A stretch of DNA of 64,000 nt from Candidatus Poribacteria bacterium (GCA_963663765.2 CAXXUA010000004.1:800001-864000), one strand, 5' to 3'. Positions 40,125-51,298 are shown, counted from the stretch's first letter. Program-made: numbers and translations. Notes: generated from the sequence alone by a model not told the origin.

Positions 40125-42572
40125 TTACACGAACAATTCTCTAAAAACTTCAGTCATATCTTCAACGAAATGAAAAGTTAATCCATCTTGAATATCCTCT
40201 GGAATTTCGACAAAATCCTTCTGATTACCTTGTGGGATGATGATCTTTTTAATTCCTGCCTGTTTCGCAGCAAGTATTTTTTCTTTTACACCCCCAATGG
40301 GTAAGACCCTACCCCTGAGTGTCAATTCTCCTGTCATCGCTACTTCGGGTATTATCCCTCTCTTTGTTGCAATAGAAGCGAGTGCAGCAGCAATAGTAAT
40401 TCCCGCTGAGGGACCATCCTTTGGAATAGCACCCGCCGGTACATGGATGTGGATATCGTCTTGCAGAGTACCCGTGTCAAATTCAAGTGAAGATGCTTGA
40501 GACTTGACATAGGTCAGTGCAGTCTGCGCAGATTCTTGCATCACATCTCCGACCTGTCCCGTGATAAGAAGTTCACTCTTACCACTCTGTTTTGATGTTG
40601 CAGTTGCTTCAATAAAAAGAATTTCTCCACCAGCGGGCGTAACCGACAGCCCGGTTGCAACTCCTACATCTGCTTCTCTCCCTGCAACTTCAGATTCAAA
40701 CTTGGGTGGACCGAGATACTTGGGTATCTCCTCAATGTCAATGGTAGTAGGTTCGCTATCACCTTCCGCAACACGTCGTGCTGACTTACGACATAACGTA
40801 CCAAGTTCACGTTCAAGGTTACGAACACCCGCTTCACGTGTGTAAGTTATAATGACTTTTTCGATAGCGTTATCAGAAATATCTAATTGTTCCTCTGTTA
40901 TTCCATTTGCAGTAAGTTGCCTTGGAATGAGGAACTGTTTTGCAATCTCTTTCTTTTCGTTTGAAGTATACCCAGGTAATTCCATTGTTTCCATTCGGTC
41001 ACGTAAGGGTGGCGGTATAGTGTAAATTTGATTTGCTGTGGTGATAAACATAATCTTTGACAAATCAAAGGGTACTTCCAAGTAGTTGTCTGTGAAAGCG
41101 TGATTCTGTTCAGGATCAAGTACTTCCAGTAATGCAGCTGCAGGATCACCTCTAAAATCAGAACCGAGTTTGTCAATTTCATCAAGCATAAAGACCGGAT
41201 TGTTGGATTCCGCTTGCCGCAAACCTTTAATGATTCTACCGGGCATAGAACCTATATAAGTTCGTCGATGTCCACGTATTTCAGCTTCATCGTGCATGCC
41301 ACCTAATGAAATACGTACAAATTTCCTACCGATCGCACGCGCAATTGATCTACCAAGGGATGTTTTACCGACTCCAGGAGGTCCCACGAAACAGAAAATC
41401 GGTCCCTTCATATCATCTTTTAAGATTCGCACAGCAAGATGTTCTACAATTCGCTCTTTGACTTTTATAAGATTATAATGATCTGCATCAAGTATTTCCA
41501 TCGCATCTGTTAGGTCGATCGAGTCTTCAGTATTCACTGACCATGGAAGATTCAATAACCAATCCAGATAATTTCGTGACACAGTGGATTCTGGTGAAAA
41601 TGACTGCATTTTTGATAGTCTGTTGAGTTCTTTTTTCGCAGCTTTATGTGCCTTGGATGGTAATTTCTTTTTCTTCAACTGTTCGCGCATGTCTTCTATA
41701 TCTGATGCTAAATCATCTGCTTCACCAAGTTCTGTCTGAATTGCTTTTAGTTGTTCTCGGAGGAAATACTCACGCTGTCCTTTATTGATAACAGCTTGTG
41801 CATTAGATTGAATTTTGCTTTCTAATTCATGAAGGTCCACTTCCCTTGCAAGAATAACAGTGAGTTTATTAAGCCGGTCAGGAATAGGGATTGTTTCAAG
41901 TATCTGTTGTTTTTCCTGTGGTTTCAAATCTAAGACTGCGGCAATATAATCTGCTAACCTACCGGGTTCATCAATGTTCTTTGTCATAAGTCCATGCTCT
42001 TCCTGGTACCGTGAGGAGAGTTGGACAATTCGTTGGAACATTTCGTCAGTACTACGTACAAGTGCCTCAAGTTCTAAATCCTCATCGGAAATATCCTCCT
42101 CCTCATCATCGTCATCAAGCAGTCTTACTCGAGCTTTCATAAATGGTTCGGTGTGTATTATCTCTTCTATCTCTACTCTTGCGCGACCATTTGCAAGGAA
42201 AAGCACATCCTCATCATCTTTCTTAGCACGGAGAATATGGATTAAACTACCGATTGGTCTCAATTCATCAAGTGAGATGTCCTTCACTTCGCGCGGGTCA
42301 ATATCTAAACTACGACCAGAAGTCGTTTGGAATATACAAAGCACCCGTTCCCCATTAAGCATCGCATCATCAACCGCTTCCATCACCATCTTCCCTGAAA
42401 GTGCGACATGGTGTGGAGGAAATGGTGGAACAGGCGGCATATAGGGAAAAATGACCATATCGTTCACAGGAAGAATCGGAAGTTCTAATGTTTCCATATC
42501 TTCAAGTTCTTCAGAACTATCAGATTCTTCAAGATTTTCAGATTCAGATGTGGTTTCGTTTTCATTTTCCAT
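40125..42572 (-). CDS. lon: ATP-dependent protease La
   Basis: GPPGVGKTS, GHRRTYIG, PKDGPSAG, GGVKEK. Confidence 0.97.
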   Translation of the reverse strand: MENENETTSESENLEESDSSEELEDMETLELPILPVNDMVIFPYMPPVPPFPPHHVALSGKMVMEAVDDAMLNGERVLCIFQTTSGRSLDIDPREVKDISLDELRPIGSLIHILRAKKDDEDVLFLANGRARVEIEEIIHTEPFMKARVRLLDDDDEEEDISDEDLELEALVRSTDEMFQRIVQLSSRYQEEHGLMTKNIDEPGRLADYIAAVLDLKPQEKQQILETIPIPDRLNKLTVILAREVDLHELESKIQSNAQAVINKGQREYFLREQLKAIQTELGEADDLASDIEDMREQLKKKKLPSKAHKAAKKELNRLSKMQSFSPESTVSRNYLDWLLNLPWSVNTEDSIDLTDAMEILDADHYNLIKVKERIVEHLAVRILKDDMKGPIFCFVGPPGVGKTSLGRSIARAIGRKFVRISLGGMHDEAEIRGHRRTYIGSMPGRIIKGLRQAESNNPVFMLDEIDKLGSDFRGDPAAALLEVLDPEQNHAFTDNYLEVPFDLSKIMFITTANQIYTIPPPLRDRMETMELPGYTSNEKKEIAKQFLIPRQLTANGITEEQLDISDNAIEKVIITYTREAGVRNLERELGTLCRKSARRVAEGDSEPTTIDIEEIPKYLGPPKFESEVAGREADVGVATGLSVTPAGGEILFIEATATSKQSGKSELLITGQVGDVMQESAQTALTYVKSQASSLEFDTGTLQDDIHIHVPAGAIPKDGPSAGITIAAALASIATKRGIIPEVAMTGELTLRGRVLPIGGVKEKILAAKQAGIKKIIIPQGNQKDFVEIPEDIQDGLTFHFVEDMTEVFRELFV

Positions 42573-42705
42573 TGTTATCTCTTTTCTTTAATTGATTTTC
42601 AAATTCACCATATTTACTCAAGTAGTTTTATTTATCAGTTGTCTTATTTCTAAGAACTAACTGTTATTGCTCAAAATTGTAAACATCAATAATTTAATTA
42701 CTCTG

Positions 42706-43812
42706 TTATGGGGTTAAATTTATCCAACCTCTTTCACCCTCAATTACAACATCTGTTTTTAGTGTTGCACACCTTGTCTGATAAGCCTTTAATGTTTCTA
42801 TTGCGGTTTCTTCTATTTTTGTATCTATTGTATTTTTTTCTGGATCTTTTACTTTCAGGAGTCTCGGCTGAGGTACTGAATCTCCTAACTTATTAACTAA
42901 TATAGGGATCAATTCAATAGATTTCAGTGATCCTTTAACAAAAGTAACCTTTGGGATAATTGTGCGCGCATGTTGCAATTCATAGTCATCATAAATGAAG
43001 TCTGCTAAACTGTAAACTATTGGTTTTTCGTTGTATATTTCAATCCCACCAAGTGAATGTAATTGTTGACATAAAACTAAATCTGCACCATTATCAATGA
43101 GCGCGTGTGCAAATATACGCTGCCGATCTATGCTTGCTTGTCGAGCTTTTTCTTCTGAATTTTGCTTGCCCCAATGAAGCCAAACAACAACCAAATCTGC
43201 TGAGTCTTCTATATGTTGAACAGCATGTATCATCTGACTGTACGCTGCAGAAGCAATCGGATCAACCGAGGCAATATTAAATTCATTTCCACGCAAATAC
43301 CCCAAGAGAGCAATCTTTTTGGACTCAACCTTCAACCAAGTTGGCGCGTTTGCTAATGCAGGAGTATTTCCAGCACCGACCGGTTTTACATTATACCATT
43401 CTAAGTTGGAAATAGTATCCTCAAGTGCTTCAATACCGAAATCCATCACATAAGGAGTAGCTAATGAGACTGTATCAAAACCTGCATTTGCAAGTGCTCT
43501 TGCAAGACCGGGTGCAGCCCGAAAACGTGGATCCCTATTGGGATTAGGTTCTCCTCTATCTGAAATGCTGGTGTTCAGCGATGCCATTGCTATATCTGCA
43601 GATTGAATGATAGATTCAATTCTTTCAAAAAATATTCCTGCCCCTTGTTTTTCAATTAATGGTGTAAAATTGCTACCAATTGTAATATCACCAACTGCAA
43701 CTATTGTAATCTCATTACTCTCCTGCTGCTGGGATAAATTTGAAGCAAGCAATACTATACTACTAAGAAAAAACAGAAAGATAAATATGAGAAATGACAA
43801 TGTATTTTTCAT
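42706..43812 (-). CDS. CapA-family metallophosphoesterase-like protein
   Basis: VGDI, AGFDTVSLA, WLHWG, GADLV, PIVYSL; several canonical metal ligands appear substituted. Confidence 0.75.
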   Translation of the reverse strand: MKNTLSFLIFIFLFFLSSIVLLASNLSQQQESNEITIVAVGDITIGSNFTPLIEKQGAGIFFERIESIIQSADIAMASLNTSISDRGEPNPNRDPRFRAAPGLARALANAGFDTVSLATPYVMDFGIEALEDTISNLEWYNVKPVGAGNTPALANAPTWLKVESKKIALLGYLRGNEFNIASVDPIASAAYSQMIHAVQHIEDSADLVVVWLHWGKQNSEEKARQASIDRQRIFAHALIDNGADLVLCQQLHSLGGIEIYNEKPIVYSLADFIYDDYELQHARTIIPKVTFVKGSLKSIELIPILVNKLGDSVPQPRLLKVKDPEKNTIDTKIEETAIETLKAYQTRCATLKTDVVIEGERGWINLTP

Positions 43813-44279
43813 AACTCGTTTTTTAGTTGCGTCCCGATCCTTATTAATGCATCAGCAAAAGCTTGTCTTTCTGTTTGACTTAAGCTCTCCTTAGACTCTG
43901 TCTCAGAGCGAAGTGTATCTATTTGCATTTGAAAATCGGTTGCAAACTCATTTATGAGCATAGACAGTTTTTCCAGATCGTTCTCAGTACGACTAATCAA
44001 TTCATCAATACGGTTATCAACGCGTTGTGCGATCCCTTCAGGAATACCATCATATTGTGCTTTTACATCTGAGATCTCTTTTAACAACCTTGCTTCAAGT
44101 TTAGAAATCTCGTTGTTTATGTTTTCAACATATTGTGATAATTTAGTGAGTTTCTCTTCATAAACTTTAAAATCGTCTCCAAATACATTATCTCGGAGAA
44201 ATGCTTCCAAGTTTTGCGGTTTTGTTGTCTGTAGTTCTTGTGACTCTTCGTCTACTGCAAACTGACGGGATTCATTCAT
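43809..44279 (-). CDS. Hypothetical coiled-coil protein
   Basis: 156 aa, helical, overlaps the next start codon. Confidence 0.7.
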   Translation of the reverse strand: MNESRQFAVDEESQELQTTKPQNLEAFLRDNVFGDDFKVYEEKLTKLSQYVENINNEISKLEARLLKEISDVKAQYDGIPEGIAQRVDNRIDELISRTENDLEKLSMLINEFATDFQMQIDTLRSETESKESLSQTERQAFADALIRIGTQLKNEL

Positions 44280-44288
44280 AATTTAACT

Positions 44289-45368
44289 CTACGGATAGTT
44301 GTATAGATTCTGTTTTGATTGACTGTCTTGTTCAATGTCTAATTGAACTATTGTTTCATCCTTATCTGCGGAGTCAGTATTCGACTGGTTGCGACTTTCG
44401 TTAAATTCGCGTAGGATACAATTTACGATTTCTTCGCTATATGCTTCTGCTGATACTTTTCCTTGATTTGCTTCCCATGCCATTCGCGCAACTGCTTCAA
44501 AATACTCTGCATGCTTGTATGCTTCTAATAGATCCTTACCTCGGGAGAAAGTCCCATGTCCAATCCAGTAAAGGATGTGACGCATTTCATTGAAACCATT
44601 TTCAAATAGTCGCAAACTCTCATACGATAACTCAGGTATTCCTGGTACACGTTCCTGTACAAACCCAATACCATCTGATGCATCATAAATGATCGGTGTT
44701 TCTGGTTCATATCCTTTAAGAAAGTTGTAAAACCTATCTGGGTGTCCATGTTGTGTCCGAGATATTAGGTTCAAAAACTTCGGCTGCAAGTGGACTAACG
44801 CTTTGAAACCGTGTGTTTCAAGTTGTTCAAAAACAAGCAAATAATGGAACATTTCACTGGTTGGCGCACTACGAATTAACCCTTTTTCCTCTCCAGACCT
44901 ACAATCTATCTCTGTTTGTGTCTGTGTCCCGAATCGCATACGGTAATGCGTCCCATCCGGTTCTACCTCAACAATAGTGACGTTGAGAGCAGGATGTTCA
45001 ATTGCAACCATGTCCAATCGTGAACCTGATTTTGTCAAAAGCACATGCCTACCAGCTAACCCTTTTACAACAAATGCCGAAGGGAGAGCATATCGCGGTG
45101 AGTCATCGTAACTTATTAGATATTTTGTATCAACAGGTTCAGAGAGTATCACCCCCATATTTCCAGCTGATGCCCATAAGTAATCGTGTGTATGTGCGTG
45201 TGCTCCCACCCATCCCATCTGACCAATATATGTACCTAATTCACTATCAGACGAAATAGGGTGAAGTGCAGGTTGAAAACCTCTGTTACACCATTGCCTA
45301 TACCGATAACTATGCACCGGCGGTGGTTGATGATGCGTCAAGTAAGGATTCGTTAAAGTCAATTTCAC
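44289..45368 (-). CDS. Class II aldolase/adducin family (rhamnulose-1-phosphate aldolase-like)
   Basis: SAGN, TKSG, PTSE..H, VHLQP, WIGHG. Confidence 0.7.
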   Translation of the reverse strand: MKLTLTNPYLTHHQPPPVHSYRYRQWCNRGFQPALHPISSDSELGTYIGQMGWVGAHAHTHDYLWASAGNMGVILSEPVDTKYLISYDDSPRYALPSAFVVKGLAGRHVLLTKSGSRLDMVAIEHPALNVTIVEVEPDGTHYRMRFGTQTQTEIDCRSGEEKGLIRSAPTSEMFHYLLVFEQLETHGFKALVHLQPKFLNLISRTQHGHPDRFYNFLKGYEPETPIIYDASDGIGFVQERVPGIPELSYESLRLFENGFNEMRHILYWIGHGTFSRGKDLLEAYKHAEYFEAVARMAWEANQGKVSAEAYSEEIVNCILREFNESRNQSNTDSADKDETIVQLDIEQDSQSKQNLYNYP

Positions 45369-45483
45369 TTGGACTATACTTTGCTAAAAGTTAGAAGTTG
45401 CGAACATTTTGATTATTAAAATATACCATGTTTAAGTTGGTAGCGCAAGTTAAAATTCAATAATCGGAGTTATAGAATTGTTG

Positions 45484-47076
45484 CTATTTTGATGAAGGAA
45501 GTTCTTGCAAGACAGGAATTACATAACTGCGAATCGTTAAATCTTCTATTTCTTCAGTTTCAACAAGAGGTCCCGGAGTTTTTCTATGATCAAACACCAC
45601 ATAATAACCTTCTTCAGCATTTTCGGACCTAATGTAGGAAACAAGCTGTGCTTTACCTGCTTGATACCGTGGTTCTCCACCCCATATCTTCGTTTCAACT
45701 ATGTATTTTCGCTTGTTGTGCAGAATTAGAAGATCTAATCTTCCGCGTCCTGTTTGTACTTCAAGATACATCGTACCACCGACAATCTGAACAAATTGAC
45801 TGAGATATGCAAAGAGTAGATATTGACCCACATATTCTTGAGGAGTCTCTGGAACCTGTAGAATCTTATAGCCAGCACGGGCAATAAAATCACGAAAGTT
45901 GTCGAGAAGTGCTTCCATCTGTATATGTCCTTCCGTATTCAGATAATCCTCAAATTCTATACGACCTTCTTCTGGTAAGTACTCCTGTTCCAATCCATTT
46001 ACAATCGGTTTAAATGCTTGTAATGTATGATAGTGGTAAATAGGGTTTATTATTTCACATAAGCCATCTAATCCTTCACCAATTACACCATAAGTTGTGA
46101 GTTCACTGATAAGTTCATTCTGTAGTGAAAACGTTGTCCCTTGATCGTAAGAAGTAATCTTCATAAGCAGTGTTTCAAACCGACGATCTCTACGAATATT
46201 TGTAATCAAATGATCAATATTCGTGTTGCGTTCACGAAGCAGTTTCAGATGTGCTGTTGAAAAGTGATCTATAGTAATAGGATCGCTTTTTGGAATATCC
46301 ATTTCCTCCGTGAGAATCTGTCCAAATCTATTGACAAGAAAAGGTTGTCCAGCAGTCTGTTTGTATATAGACTCAATTACTTTAGGGTCAAGTGTTTGTC
46401 CAACTTCGTGGGTATATTGAAAAAATAGTTCTTGAACCTGTTCAAGTGAAAAATTAGGTAATTTGAATTCGTCTTGAATATTAAATGGTGAGATTGACCT
46501 ATCATAGTTGAGTTGCGTAATATTTTTGACACCGACAATACCAACACTATATGGACACCGTTCCTTACCAGTCAAGTATATATTGCGAAGCGTATGTAGG
46601 AAACCTCGTAAAGCAGTTGGTGGAATAGCATCAAATTCGTCAATAATCATGACGAACCGCTGCTTATCCAACAGACTCCCAAGCTGATTAAAAAACCTTC
46701 TCATTGAAGTATGGTCAATCATCTTTGCATTATTCAAAAAATTGGTTATATCATTAGAAGGTTTACTACCTCGTTTTTCAAATACTTCTTCAATTTTAGT
46801 GCAAAGATCAAAGCAAAGGTATTCATAAAATGCAGATAAGGAAATATCTACATAAGATTCAAAATTGAACTGTATTGGAAAATATCCATTCTCCTTGCTT
46901 TCCAACATATCAAGCGCGTTTCTGAAAAGCGTGGTTTTCCCTGTCTGCCGTGGGGCAAAAAGGACAATGTATCTCCCTTTTTCTACCCGACTAACATAAT
47001 CTGCAACTTCTTCTTTGCGCGCAACGATATAATTATCTTCAGGATACACGGGGCCGCGGGTCTCAAAACAACGCAT
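45484..47076 (-). CDS. AAA-like ATPase with C-terminal PD-(D/E)XK domain
   Basis: APRQTGKTT, IIDEFD, SPFNI; EVQTGRGRLDL...ETK. Confidence 0.8.
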   Translation of the reverse strand: MRCFETRGPVYPEDNYIVARKEEVADYVSRVEKGRYIVLFAPRQTGKTTLFRNALDMLESKENGYFPIQFNFESYVDISLSAFYEYLCFDLCTKIEEVFEKRGSKPSNDITNFLNNAKMIDHTSMRRFFNQLGSLLDKQRFVMIIDEFDAIPPTALRGFLHTLRNIYLTGKERCPYSVGIVGVKNITQLNYDRSISPFNIQDEFKLPNFSLEQVQELFFQYTHEVGQTLDPKVIESIYKQTAGQPFLVNRFGQILTEEMDIPKSDPITIDHFSTAHLKLLRERNTNIDHLITNIRRDRRFETLLMKITSYDQGTTFSLQNELISELTTYGVIGEGLDGLCEIINPIYHYHTLQAFKPIVNGLEQEYLPEEGRIEFEDYLNTEGHIQMEALLDNFRDFIARAGYKILQVPETPQEYVGQYLLFAYLSQFVQIVGGTMYLEVQTGRGRLDLLILHNKRKYIVETKIWGGEPRYQAGKAQLVSYIRSENAEEGYYVVFDHRKTPGPLVETEEIEDLTIRSYVIPVLQELPSSK

Positions 47077-47149
47077 AATACTTATCTCCTATAGATGCAA
47101 GAGTATTATATCATATATACAACTGGAAATCTAATTGAATAGGATTTTT

Positions 47150-47632
47150 GGGTGTGTTAAGTTTTTGTAGAAACCCTGATATTATAGTGGATTTTAGAAT
47201 TATTTTTACACTTTCAGGTGTAGGAGGGAACTCCGATTCCCGACTATCAAAGCGTTCAGTCGCTATTCGGACTTCAGTCCCGTAGGGACGATATGTTTAT
47301 AGAAAAACGCCATAGTACATCCTCTTTAGTCCCGTAGGGACGATATGTTTATAGAAAACCGCCATAGTACATCCTCTTTAGTCCCGTAGGGACGATATGT
47401 GTGCATTATAAACCTAATATATGTAATAACTTTGAAAACAATGGGTTAACTGGCACAAGGCGTTAATTGTATTTTTCACTATAAAAGAAGTATCTAAAGT
47501 TTCTATCAAAGCTTGCTTGACGTTAGGGAACTGTGTACATCGTATGGGGCGAGGTTTCCTCTCCTGCGTAAAACCTCTATTCGGGCGAGGAGACCCCGCC
47601 CCTACGCACAGCAACAAAAACTTTACACACCC
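47150..47632. mobile_element. Non-autonomous ISKra4-type element (GGGTGTG..AAGTTTTTG ends) with several REPs, apparently nested in another IR element ending at about 47751
   Basis: Ends match the IS IR at 32398; flanks AGGATTTTT/AGGATTATT; internal TAGTCCCGTAGGGACG repeats and GTAG hairpins. Confidence 0.72.
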
Positions 47633-47784
47633 AGGATTATTTTGTCTTACCCAATTTACATGTGATCTGAGAAAATCGCGACCGAGAGATCGTACCTAAT
47701 GCGGGGTTTCGTCTTGAAAAATCTGATCATTAGGATAACTAAATAATCCTGCAAATTGAATAGTAGGATATAGATAAGTAGAAA

Positions 47785-48324
47785 TCAAACTTTATTACTT
47801 TTACTGTTGATGTCATTTTCATACTTTTCTACTGATTTATCATCAACAAGAAGTTGGAACAAAGTTTGAATAGCTTCATTGAAAATAGGATGTACGACAT
47901 CAGGTGCAATTTCGGCGAAAGGGACAAGCACGAAACGACGAAGATGCATTTCTGGATGAGGGATAACAAGTTCGGGTGTATTGATACATAGATTGCCGTA
48001 GATTAGAATATCAAGATCAATCTCACGCGGTCCCCAACGTTTTCTATGTTGTCTCCCAACAGAGTTTTCAATATCTTTTATAATTTGGAGTAAGGAATGA
48101 GGGTTGTGGTCTGTTTTTATTGCAGCAACACCGTTTAGAAACTTGTCTTGTGCTACGTATCCAACAGGTTCTGTTTCATATAGAGAGGAAATCTCTTGCA
48201 AAGAAATACCATCCAATTCCGATAAGGAACAGATAGCATTTTGTATATGTATTAGTCGATCACCGATGTTGCTGCCGAAGCCGAGATATGCTAAATGCAA
48301 AGGATTATCGTCCGATGAGAACAA
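47785..48324 (-). CDS. folK: 2-amino-4-hydroxy-6-hydroxymethyldihydropteridine pyrophosphokinase
   Basis: [34 protein letters not shown]. Confidence 0.95.
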   Translation of the reverse strand: MFSSDDNPLHLAYLGFGSNIGDRLIHIQNAICSLSELDGISLQEISSLYETEPVGYVAQDKFLNGVAAIKTDHNPHSLLQIIKDIENSVGRQHRKRWGPREIDLDILIYGNLCINTPELVIPHPEMHLRRFVLVPFAEIAPDVVHPIFNEAIQTLFQLLVDDKSVEKYENDINSKSNKV

Positions 48325-48338
48325 GACTGAGACATTTA

Positions 48339-49577
48339 TTACCCCGTATATTTGCGGATAGCAATAGACGTATTATGACCACCAAATCCGAATGCGTTGG
48401 ATAGTGCAACCTCAAATTTTGCTTCTCGACTCTCGTTCGGAATATAATCCAAATCACATTCTTCATCCGGTACTTCATAGTTGATCGTCGGTGGAAGAAA
48501 ACCTTTCTCCATACCGCCAATACACCCAATAAGTTCTACTGCCCCCGCTGCGCCGAGCAAGTGTCCGACCATTGATTTTGTTGAGCTTACAGGAATTTGA
48601 TAGGCACGTTCACCGAAAAGCGATTTTATAGCGTTAGTTTCAGCGACATCCCCGTGCGGTGTTGAAGTTCCGTGCGTATTGATATATTCAATAGAGTCTA
48701 CACTGAGTTTTGCATCATTTAGTGCAAATTCCATTGCTTTTGCAGCACCTTCGCCATTACTTGGCGGAGCAACCATATCGTGAGCATCAGATGTCATTCC
48801 AAAACCGCAAACTTCTGCATAGATATAAGCGCCACGTTGTTGGGCATGTGACAAAGATTCAAGAATTAATATTCCTGCACCTTCTCCCATAACAAACCCA
48901 TCGCGATCTTTATTGAATGGACGGGAAGCACGTTCAGGTTCATGGTTGCGTTCTGACATCGCACGCATAGAGCAGAACCCGCCAAACGCCAGAGGTGTAA
49001 TTGCAGATTCTGTACCACCAGTAAACATCACATCCACATAACCATGTTGAATTAAACGCAATGATTCACCCATAGAGTGGTTAGATGTAGCGCACGCAGT
49101 GACGGAGGCAGAATTAGGTCCTTTCAAGTTAAAATGAATTGAGACTTGTCCAGATGCCATGTTTATTATCATAAACGGCACGAGGAATGGACTGACGCGT
49201 TTGGGACCTTTTTCAATTAAGACGGCAGCATTATCCTCAAGCACTCCAATACCACCGACACCAGAACCGATTTGGACACCTGCACGGTAGGGATCAACTT
49301 TAGACAAGTCCAAACCTGAATCTTCATGTGCCATCATAGAGGCAGCAAGTGCATATTGAATAAAAAGTGGAAAACGGGATACAGTCTTCTTATCCAGATA
49401 TTTTTCCGCTTCAAAGTTCTTCACTTCAGCAGCAATCTGAGTCCGAAATTCGCTTGCATCAAAGGAGGACAAAAGTCCGATTCCGTTTTTACCGACAGCA
49501 AGCGCATCCCAATATTCTTCTTTCGTGTTGCCAATAGCATTGATAACACCGATTCCTGTAATAACTACACGCTCCAC
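48339..49577 (-). CDS. fabF: Beta-ketoacyl-ACP synthase II
   Basis: [33 protein letters not shown]. Confidence 0.96.
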   Translation of the reverse strand: MERVVITGIGVINAIGNTKEEYWDALAVGKNGIGLLSSFDASEFRTQIAAEVKNFEAEKYLDKKTVSRFPLFIQYALAASMMAHEDSGLDLSKVDPYRAGVQIGSGVGGIGVLEDNAAVLIEKGPKRVSPFLVPFMIINMASGQVSIHFNLKGPNSASVTACATSNHSMGESLRLIQHGYVDVMFTGGTESAITPLAFGGFCSMRAMSERNHEPERASRPFNKDRDGFVMGEGAGILILESLSHAQQRGAYIYAEVCGFGMTSDAHDMVAPPSNGEGAAKAMEFALNDAKLSVDSIEYINTHGTSTPHGDVAETNAIKSLFGERAYQIPVSSTKSMVGHLLGAAGAVELIGCIGGMEKGFLPPTINYEVPDEECDLDYIPNESREAKFEVALSNAFGFGGHNTSIAIRKYTG

Positions 49578-49599
49578 GAGACCGATCCTTTTTTAGTAA

Positions 49600-49639
49600 A
49601 TGCTGAAGGTTGTAGGTTGCGATTACTCACCCTCAGCAT
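49600..49639 (-). promoter_or_regulatory. Intergenic hairpin between acpP and fabF
   Basis: ATGCTGAGGG...CCTTCAGCAT stem; probable attenuator or mRNA stabiliser. Confidence 0.4.
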
Positions 49640-49659
49640 ATTTTCAAAATAATATAACA

Positions 49660-49893
49660 CTACACATGCTCATCAAGATAATCAAGCGCATCTTGAACAG
49701 TCTGAATCTTTTCTGCGTCACTGTCAGGGATTTCAAGATCAAATTCCTCTTCAAGTGCCATTACCAATTCAACGGTATCAAGTGAGTCCGCTCCGAGATC
49801 CTCCATAAATGAAGAATCGGGGGTTACGTTTTTTGCATCTACACCAAGTTGGTGTGCAATGATCTCTATAAGACGTTCTTCGTGTGTTGCCAT
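49660..49893 (-). CDS. acpP: Acyl carrier protein
   Basis: [12 protein letters not shown]; AAGGAG RBS before ATG 49893. Confidence 0.96.
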   Translation of the reverse strand: MATHEERLIEIIAHQLGVDAKNVTPDSSFMEDLGADSLDTVELVMALEEEFDLEIPDSDAEKIQTVQDALDYLDEHV

Positions 49894-49987
49894 TTTGTTG
49901 TTATCTCCTTTCAAAAAACATATATTGAAATATGTGTATCGTTTGGTCAAAATATTTGGTTGAATGAATTCACAAGCGTATTATCAA

Positions 49988-50108
49988 CAGGACTTACGCA
50001 CCCAACGGTAGGTGCGCTCTGTCAGCGCGCTGGAAACCGAAAAAATGCTGAAAATTACACCATTTTCGTCATAATTCTTCATCAAATCATGAAACTGCGT
50101 AAGTCCTG
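49988..50108. mobile_element. MITE family 1, 121 bp, TSD ATCAA
   Basis: Perfect CAGGACTTACGCA TIRs with ATCAA on both flanks; inverted near-copy of 7478-7599. Confidence 0.88.
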
Positions 50109-50217
50109 ATCAATATACTTATGGAAAATGTAGAGTGCAATCGCAATAATTGTGGTTTATGTTATATCACAAAATACGCGAAAAATCAAATACCAAAATA
50201 AATATTATCAAATGATA

Positions 50218-51279
50218 TTAATAAATTTCCGTGACGATCAACTCTCCTGAAAGAATTCTTGCTCTTGCATCTGATACCTGTGTTTTCACCGTTTCTGGAA
50301 CTATATCAATCAATGCAGAGTTATATACCATATCAATTGCTCCATCCGCTGACATAGTATAGGTATATATTTCAGGCATAATCGTTCCATCTTTTACAAG
50401 TGTAGCAATTTCGACAAATGGACGCGGTGTAATTATAGCGTTAGCAATCACTGTTGTTGGAGAGACTTCACTTTGGTCTCGGTTTGCACCAAATGTGTAA
50501 ACGATGTTTCCAGTAGTGTGAGCTTCTTCCGCTGCTATAAAAACACCTCTACTGGCTACATCAGCATTAGGAAAGATAAAATCTACTCCCTTTTCAATCT
50601 GTGCAATCGCGAGTTCTTTTCCTTTAGCAGCGTCCTCCCAATTACCTACATAGTCGCGATATACCTCCGCATCCACGTTAACACTTTTTGCGCCGGACTC
50701 AAATGCATCAAAGCCGCTAATGACTGATGGAAAATCCTGACCACCAATAACACCTATTTTTTCTGTTTTTGTCATCATCCCAGCAATAATACCTAACAGA
50801 TACATTGCTGGTTCAACCTGAAAGTTCATTGATGCAATGTTATCAGCAACAACATCTCCTGATGAAATTACAAACATAGTGTCTGGAAAATCAGGAGCAA
50901 CTTTTTTTGCTGGTTGTCCATATTCATACCCATGTGCAAATATGAGGTTTTGTCCCTCTGATGCCAACCTACGTAAGTCTGCTTCATGTTCTGCAGGTAT
51001 GTGGCTATCAACCGGTGTGATTATTGCATCAAGTTCTTCTTCAATTGCTAACAGTGCATCATAGGCTAAAGCGTTCCAACCCTTGTCGTCAATAGAAGCT
51101 GGCAAAAGCATTGCAACCTTAAATTCTGATGCTTCATGAGTTGTAATATCAATCTTTTCACAACCTACGAGTGTGACACTAATTGCCAATAGGTATAAGT
51201 ATAACACATATATTGTCTTACTGTGTTTAACAATGTTAGCAATCTGTGGAATCATAATGTTCTCTAAGAATCTATTCAC
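50218..51279 (-). CDS. BMP-family ABC substrate-binding lipoprotein
   Basis: LVGC lipobox, DDKGWN, AHGYEY, GMMTKTEKIG; true start may be further downstream. Confidence 0.85.
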   Translation of the reverse strand: MNRFLENIMIPQIANIVKHSKTIYVLYLYLLAISVTLVGCEKIDITTHEASEFKVAMLLPASIDDKGWNALAYDALLAIEEELDAIITPVDSHIPAEHEADLRRLASEGQNLIFAHGYEYGQPAKKVAPDFPDTMFVISSGDVVADNIASMNFQVEPAMYLLGIIAGMMTKTEKIGVIGGQDFPSVISGFDAFESGAKSVNVDAEVYRDYVGNWEDAAKGKELAIAQIEKGVDFIFPNADVASRGVFIAAEEAHTTGNIVYTFGANRDQSEVSPTTVIANAIITPRPFVEIATLVKDGTIMPEIYTYTMSADGAIDMVYNSALIDIVPETVKTQVSDARARILSGELIVTEIY

Positions 51280-51298
51280 TGTCAGTTTGCAGATGCTG

